From contig JAAXWC010000004.1 in the NCBI GenBank assembly GCA_013335175.1, positions 40,999-104,998 on the forward strand: 64,000 bases of DNA. The letters run 5' to 3'. The translations under genes and the position numbers were made by a program. This DNA comes from Candidatus Roizmanbacteria bacterium. Lineage in GTDB: Bacteria > Patescibacteriota > Microgenomatia > UBA1406 > GWC2-37-13. Position 1 is the first letter of the stretch. Each line of letters begins with the position of its first letter. The notes beneath the pieces were generated by a model. The model was not told the DNA's origin. It ran no database searches and saw nothing but the letters and a program-made list of their open reading frames with translations. This document shows, piece by piece, positions 59,448 to 64,000 of this stretch.

Positions 59448-59876
59448 TTATGTTTTTTTCGTTTTCTTCAGTTCTTCCCATTGGTCCACAAAATAGTCTT
59501 GCAACTGTTTTATTTTGGGAAGGGAAGCTTTTGCTTCCTCTGTTACCTGGGCTAAAGTATCTCCCACAAGCTGTACAAACTCTTCTCGATCCATATCCTT
59601 TGAAACTTTTTGCACCTCTTTCATTTTTTCTGAAAGCCGAACCCGAGCTGCTTCATAAAGCTTTGTACCTTCCTCTGTTACATCACCAAAAATAACCTTT
59701 GTTTTTTTCTCAACTTCATGTTCTTCAAGCATTTTAAGAAATTCTTCATATTTCTTTTTTACCAGTTCTTTGTTCTCTTTCCCCGATTGCGGAGTAAGAA
59801 ACAAAGCGGCAAGCGCGCCTGCGGTTGCACCAATAAGCAATCCTATCCCGAATTTAGATGATTTTTGAGTAGACAT
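59448..59876 (-). CDS. YtxH domain protein
   Basis: F..GLLIGA.AGALAALFLTPQSGKE. Confidence 0.88.
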   Translation of the reverse strand: MSTQKSSKFGIGLLIGATAGALAALFLTPQSGKENKELVKKKYEEFLKMLEEHEVEKKTKVIFGDVTEEGTKLYEAARVRLSEKMKEVQKVSKDMDREEFVQLVGDTLAQVTEEAKASLPKIKQLQDYFVDQWEELKKTKKT

Positions 59877-59952
59877 ATGGAATCATTGTACTACATTTCA
59901 TAATTTTAAAATACCATTTGAAATTTTCCCGTCATCGAGATCGCTATGCACG

Positions 59953-59997
59953 AACAACGATTCCCGACGCGGCACTTCCGTTCCTTGCGGGAATGAC
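59953..59997. repeat. Palindromic element
   Basis: aacaacgattcccg...gcgggaatgac. Confidence 0.75.
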
Positions 59998-60013
59998 AAT
60001 CATGTTCTATTGT

Positions 60014-61360
60014 TTAATCTCTCTTAACTTGTTCATACAGCGTTGCCAGCAAATAAAACGATCCCGTTATCACCCTCGGAGAAGTACTTTTTTTATTTAA
60101 AACGTGAGAAAGTGCCATCGAAGGATTCTCTATAAGAACATAATTACGGTAGCCTAATCTTTCTAACTCGTGGGCTATCTCTTGCGGAGGAAGACTAATA
60201 GAAGAAAATTCTTGAATACCAGTCGCGAAATTAGTAAGAGTAATCGATTCCGCTACCGGAATAATCTCTCTTAAAATAGGAATAATTTGCTTTCCCTTCT
60301 TAAAAGCAAGAAGAAAATGAAAGCTTTGGTTCGGGAAACGTTGTCGAAGCCCCTGGATAAAACTCTTCATCTTTTGTGGATTATGCGCACCATCTAACAC
60401 AATGATGCTCCCATTTTTGTTGATAATCTCTCCCCTGCCTGGGATAAACATCTTGGACAAAAGAGAGCGGACCTTTGACTCTTCTACGGCAAAATGATCC
60501 CGTCCGCTTAAATAGATTACCGTTGCCAACGCCAGAGCAGCGTTTTTCACTTGATACTCCCCTATCAAATTCAATCGAAGCTTTTTGTATGTTATCCCTC
60601 CATAGGAAAAATTAAAATAAATACCTTCTGTCCCAGGTTTCATCTGAAAAAATTCTTTATTTTGTTTAATATACGTTACCGATCCTTTTTTGTCTTTGAC
60701 CACCTGATCTATTACCTTTCGAGCTTGCGGAACCTGCCCGATAGAAAATACTTTATTGAAATTTTGCGTAATCATCGCTTTTTGATAGGCTATTTCTGAA
60801 ATTTTTTCTCCAAGAATTTCCATATGATCGTACCCAATTGTTGTGAGCACTGCCAATTTTTCAGCGTTTTCTACAATGTTTGTACTATCGTACAACCCCC
60901 CTAAGCCAGTTTCCACCACCATATAATCCACCTTTTCCTTCCAACAACTGTAATACGCCAACGCAATAAATATTTCAAAGTAGGTAACCATTTCATTCTC
61001 ACGTTTTTCAATGAGATCAATGGTGGGGATTAGTTCGGTTAAATATCGACAAAAAGTTTCTTCTGAGACAAATGATTCGTTTATCTGTATCCGCTCGCAC
61101 AAGGAGGTAATATGAGGAGAAATAGTAAGTCCTACCCTAAAACCGAGACTATGTAACAACGAACGGAGAAAATACGCAGTGGAGCCTTTGCCCGATGTAC
61201 CAGCGACATGAATTACCCGCATTTGTTCTTGGGGATTTCCTAGTTCGTTCATCAAGATCTTCATTTTTTTAAGTCCCCATTCTCCGGTATATTTTTTCTT
61301 TACATCGGGTATGTGAGCAAAAAGATATTCTTCGGCTTGTTTTAGAGTGCTGATTTGCAT
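60014..61360 (-). CDS. folC: Folylpolyglutamate synthase/dihydrofolate synthase
   Basis: IHVAGTSGKGST, SPH..ERI, TYFE, ETGLGG..D.TN, DH, LDGAHN, TGS.YL. Confidence 0.93.
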   Translation of the reverse strand: MQISTLKQAEEYLFAHIPDVKKKYTGEWGLKKMKILMNELGNPQEQMRVIHVAGTSGKGSTAYFLRSLLHSLGFRVGLTISPHITSLCERIQINESFVSEETFCRYLTELIPTIDLIEKRENEMVTYFEIFIALAYYSCWKEKVDYMVVETGLGGLYDSTNIVENAEKLAVLTTIGYDHMEILGEKISEIAYQKAMITQNFNKVFSIGQVPQARKVIDQVVKDKKGSVTYIKQNKEFFQMKPGTEGIYFNFSYGGITYKKLRLNLIGEYQVKNAALALATVIYLSGRDHFAVEESKVRSLLSKMFIPGRGEIINKNGSIIVLDGAHNPQKMKSFIQGLRQRFPNQSFHFLLAFKKGKQIIPILREIIPVAESITLTNFATGIQEFSSISLPPQEIAHELERLGYRNYVLIENPSMALSHVLNKKSTSPRVITGSFYLLATLYEQVKRD

Positions 61361-61398
61361 GCCGCTATTTTACACTTTGTTGATGAATGGGACAAGAG

Positions 61399-61475
61399 AA
61401 TTTCCATCCCCGATCCGGGGAATCTATTCAATGAAACAATACATGACATGGATCCCCGCCTTCGCGGGGATGACG
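61399..61475. repeat. Palindromic element
   Basis: catggatccccgccttcgcggggatgacg identical to the units at ~47748 and ~48499. Confidence 0.8.
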
Positions 61476-61494
61476 TGCCTCTTCTTTTTCTCTC

Positions 61495-61524
61495 TTGACA
61501 TGGTGAACGTTTGTTCAGTATCAT
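61495..61524 (+). promoter_or_regulatory. Promoter with LexA (Cheo-box-like) operator
   Basis: TTGACA-N18-TATCAT with GAAC-GTTT-GTTC at 61505-61516, upstream of a Y-family polymerase operon. Confidence 0.7.
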
Positions 61525-61525
61525 A

Positions 61526-61792
61526 ATGAGTATGAACGAACCAATTCATGAAAAAGTAAGCGTGGAACTTATTTATGACCGGACAAAAGGGACCGTTTTT
61601 CCCCGACGCATCCGTTGGCAGGGACGTTTGTATACTATGCAAAAACTCGGCTATTATCACAAACGAAAAGAAGGCAGAAATTTGCTTCATATTTTCGATG
61701 TGAGTGATGGCACGATGGCTTTTCGGCTTCAGTGCAACCCAGAAACGCTTCATTGGATTTTAGAGGAGGTATCTGATGGAAATGCAGATTAA
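61526..61792 (+). CDS. Small beta-rich protein co-transcribed with dinB
   Basis: P.RI.W.GR.Y...W.LE pattern; overlaps the dinB start; start 61526 or 61532. Confidence 0.7.
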   Translation: MSMNEPIHEKVSVELIYDRTKGTVFPRRIRWQGRLYTMQKLGYYHKRKEGRNLLHIFDVSDGTMAFRLQCNPETLHWILEEVSDGNAD

Positions 61793-63008
61793 TCAGAATA
61801 AACCGCTGATTATGCACATCGATCTCAATTCGTGTTTTGCTACTGTGGCTCAACAGGCCAATCCCCTTCTTCGCAACAAACCTCTGGTGGTGGCTGCCTA
61901 TGCGACACCGAATGGCTGTGTCCTTTCCCCTTCTATCGAAGCAAAACGCTACGGAATAAAAACAGGTATGACGGTACGTGATGCTCATGCTTTGTATTCT
62001 GGCGTTCTTGTTCGTACTCCCGATCCTCCCATGGTTCGTGATGTACATGCAAAGTTCAGAAAAATTTTTAATGATTACTCTCCCCATGTGACCCCGAAAT
62101 CAATTGATGAGGCAATTATAAATTTTGAACATACGCTCTATGAGCAGAAAGATTTAACGGAAGTAGCAAAAGAAATAAAGCTCCGTATGCGGCGGGAAAT
62201 TGGAGAATGGATTTCGTGTAGCATTGGCATTGGTACGAATCGTTTTTTAGCAAAAACAGGAGCTTCTCTTCATAAACCCGACGGACTCGACATTATTAGC
62301 CATAGGAATCTTCGAAATATCTATGCAAATCTTACTCTTCTTGATCTCTGTGGGATAAATCAAAAATATCAGGCCCGTCTTAATATGTACGGCATCTTTA
62401 CCCCGCTTCAATTTTTTGATGCATCCGCAGAATTTCTCAAAAAACAGGTATTTGAAAGTGTGGTTGGCTATTATTGGTTTTTACGTCTCCATGGTTGGGA
62501 ACCAGATGCACAGGAGTTCCAACGCAAAAGCTATGGGCAGGAGTACTCTTTGCAAAAACCGACCTCAAATCTGGAAGAACTGTGCCCAATTTTGATGAAA
62601 CTGTGTGAAAAAATGGGAAGAAGATTACGAGCTTCAGGGCATGCCGCGTTCGGTATTCATGTTGCCTGTTTATATCATGATTATACCCACTGGCATCGAG
62701 GACGAAAGTTGCAGGACGAACTGTATGCCACGGTCGATTTATATAAAAAAGCATTGTTCATTTTTAACCAACAGCCTGAACGAAAAATTATTTCTAAACT
62801 AGCAGTAAGTTGCTACGATTTAGTTCCAAGTGCTTCCTCTCAAATGAATTTATTTGATACTGAAGTGCAAAAACGAAAACTTGTCTCCGACGCCATGGAT
62901 AAAATCAATGATCGATATGGAGAGTTTGTCATCACTCCTGCCCGCATGATGGGAATGGATGATTTGGTCCTCGATCGCATCGCATTTGGTGGCGGAAATG
63001 AAATGTGA
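61776..63008 (+). CDS. dinB: Y-family DNA polymerase (Pol IV/DinB-like)
   Basis: HIDLNSCFA, S.EAK.YGIKTGM, SIDE, SIGIG.N..LAK, KPDG, Q..LF clamp motif. Confidence 0.92.
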   Translation: MEMQINQNKPLIMHIDLNSCFATVAQQANPLLRNKPLVVAAYATPNGCVLSPSIEAKRYGIKTGMTVRDAHALYSGVLVRTPDPPMVRDVHAKFRKIFNDYSPHVTPKSIDEAIINFEHTLYEQKDLTEVAKEIKLRMRREIGEWISCSIGIGTNRFLAKTGASLHKPDGLDIISHRNLRNIYANLTLLDLCGINQKYQARLNMYGIFTPLQFFDASAEFLKKQVFESVVGYYWFLRLHGWEPDAQEFQRKSYGQEYSLQKPTSNLEELCPILMKLCEKMGRRLRASGHAAFGIHVACLYHDYTHWHRGRKLQDELYATVDLYKKALFIFNQQPERKIISKLAVSCYDLVPSASSQMNLFDTEVQKRKLVSDAMDKINDRYGEFVITPARMMGMDDLVLDRIAFGGGNEM

Positions 63009-63102
63009 TTCTTACTCAAGATTAATACTTCACGTCATTATTTGTCATACCAAAGAACTATTCTATTGAGTTCGTAGATCAAGAAAGAAAGGAGAAAATT
63101 GT

Positions 63103-63294
63103 ATGAAAGATGCTGTTCTCAGCTTGGTTCAAGTATTACAAGGAATAATAATTATTATTATCTGGATCAAACGTTCAAATCCCTATTCACAAAGAGAGAT
63201 TGTAGCAAACTCTTTTAACAATAGAGTGTTATTTTGGACCATCATATCAGCACAACTATTTGTAATGATAATGCATGCTTTTTTACAAGAATAA
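63103..63294 (+). CDS. Small two-TM hypothetical protein
   Basis: AAGGAG SD; two hydrophobic segments. Confidence 0.5.
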   Translation: MKDAVLSLVQVLQGIIIIIIWIKRSNPYSQREIVANSFNNRVLFWTIISAQLFVMIMHAFLQE

Positions 63295-63600
63295 TTCTTG
63301 ATCTATTGTGGGAAAGATAGCACTCCAATCAATACTACCTGGTCTATCCGCTTACCAGCTTTTGTGTTTTTGAACACGCTATCTTTCCCCTTCTTCTTCC
63401 CCTTACGCTATAATCTCTTTAGGTCCTGCTTGCTACCTCCGATCTTCTCAACTCTTATCTCAGTTCGCAGTTAAAGATTTCGTAGTTGGAGAAGCCCTCA
63501 TCGAAATAAATTACCGAACATCTTTTTTCACTGCTATTTCAAAGTAAAATCTTACCAATTTGACACATGATTCTTCAATCAGATCATTAATATTGGTTTC

Positions 63601-64000
63601 ATGAAAGAACAACTCCCTCATTCTCAACCACTTGTTCAACGTATTTGCCAAATCCTAGAATCGAAAATAGAATCTGAACCTCTCAGCTTTCCTCCCCATG
63701 CAAATGATATTCCTCCCATAAAAACAACTGTTTTAGACCAGGTATATACATTATTAGAAAAACCACGACCGGTAAAACTACCTCACGAAGCACGGATCTA
63801 CACCTATTCAGATAACAGTTCTCGTTTCGAATTATTATTGGAACAATTGTATGAACCGAAAAAAAAGGCAAAACCTCCACAAAAAAATGTACCTAAAAAA
63901 CCATATGAGCCGCCAATTAAACAAAAAATACCCGATACCTCGCCTCGGTATCCTATTTCGTATCCCATGCCTATGGATCGAGAGACCTATTTAAAAAATT
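63601..64000 (+). CDS. Hypothetical protein, 3'-partial
   Basis: ATG 63601 open to the window end (MKEQLPHSQPLVQRICQ...); TTGACA at 63560. Confidence 0.6.
   Translation, partial: MKEQLPHSQPLVQRICQILESKIESEPLSFPPHANDIPPIKTTVLDQVYTLLEKPRPVKLPHEARIYTYSDNSSRFELLLEQLYEPKKKAKPPQKNVPKKPYEPPIKQKIPDTSPRYPISYPMPMDRETYLKN

Overview
Low-GC bacterial chromosome segment. Gene content and promoter style point to a Patescibacteria/CPR genome, probably Microgenomates (inference). Evidence: -10 boxes 6-8 nt before the start codon without Shine-Dalgarno motifs, GT-C glycosyltransferases, a stand-alone VirD4-like ATPase, YtxH genes and many orphans. Housekeeping genes include yebC, lgt, a DksA/TraR zinc finger, lemA, dnaB, folC, dinB, tRNA-Leu(CAA), tRNA-Thr(GGT) and a complete de novo pyrimidine operon (pyrB-carA-carB-pyrC-pyrD-EamA-pyrE-pyrF). 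The most unusual signal is non-coding: a modular set of palindromic elements (GTCATYCC..GGRATGAC hairpins, GTAG-type REPs, and ~105-125 bp bulged hairpins with compensatory changes). (1) They sit in-frame at four sites inside one 1227-aa membrane protein, and three of those sites show a G-rich to C-rich strand flip. (2) They separate four toxin-antitoxin modules at 44.7-48.8 kb that share junction motifs; every toxin is missing, truncated, frameshifted or mutated while the antitoxin partners look intact. (3) They occupy the D-loop of tandemly repeated 5' fragments of tRNA-Leu (157-bp period). No integrase, transposase or cas gene is in the window, so the mobilising enzyme is unknown. All protein calls come from motif recognition by eye, not database searches.
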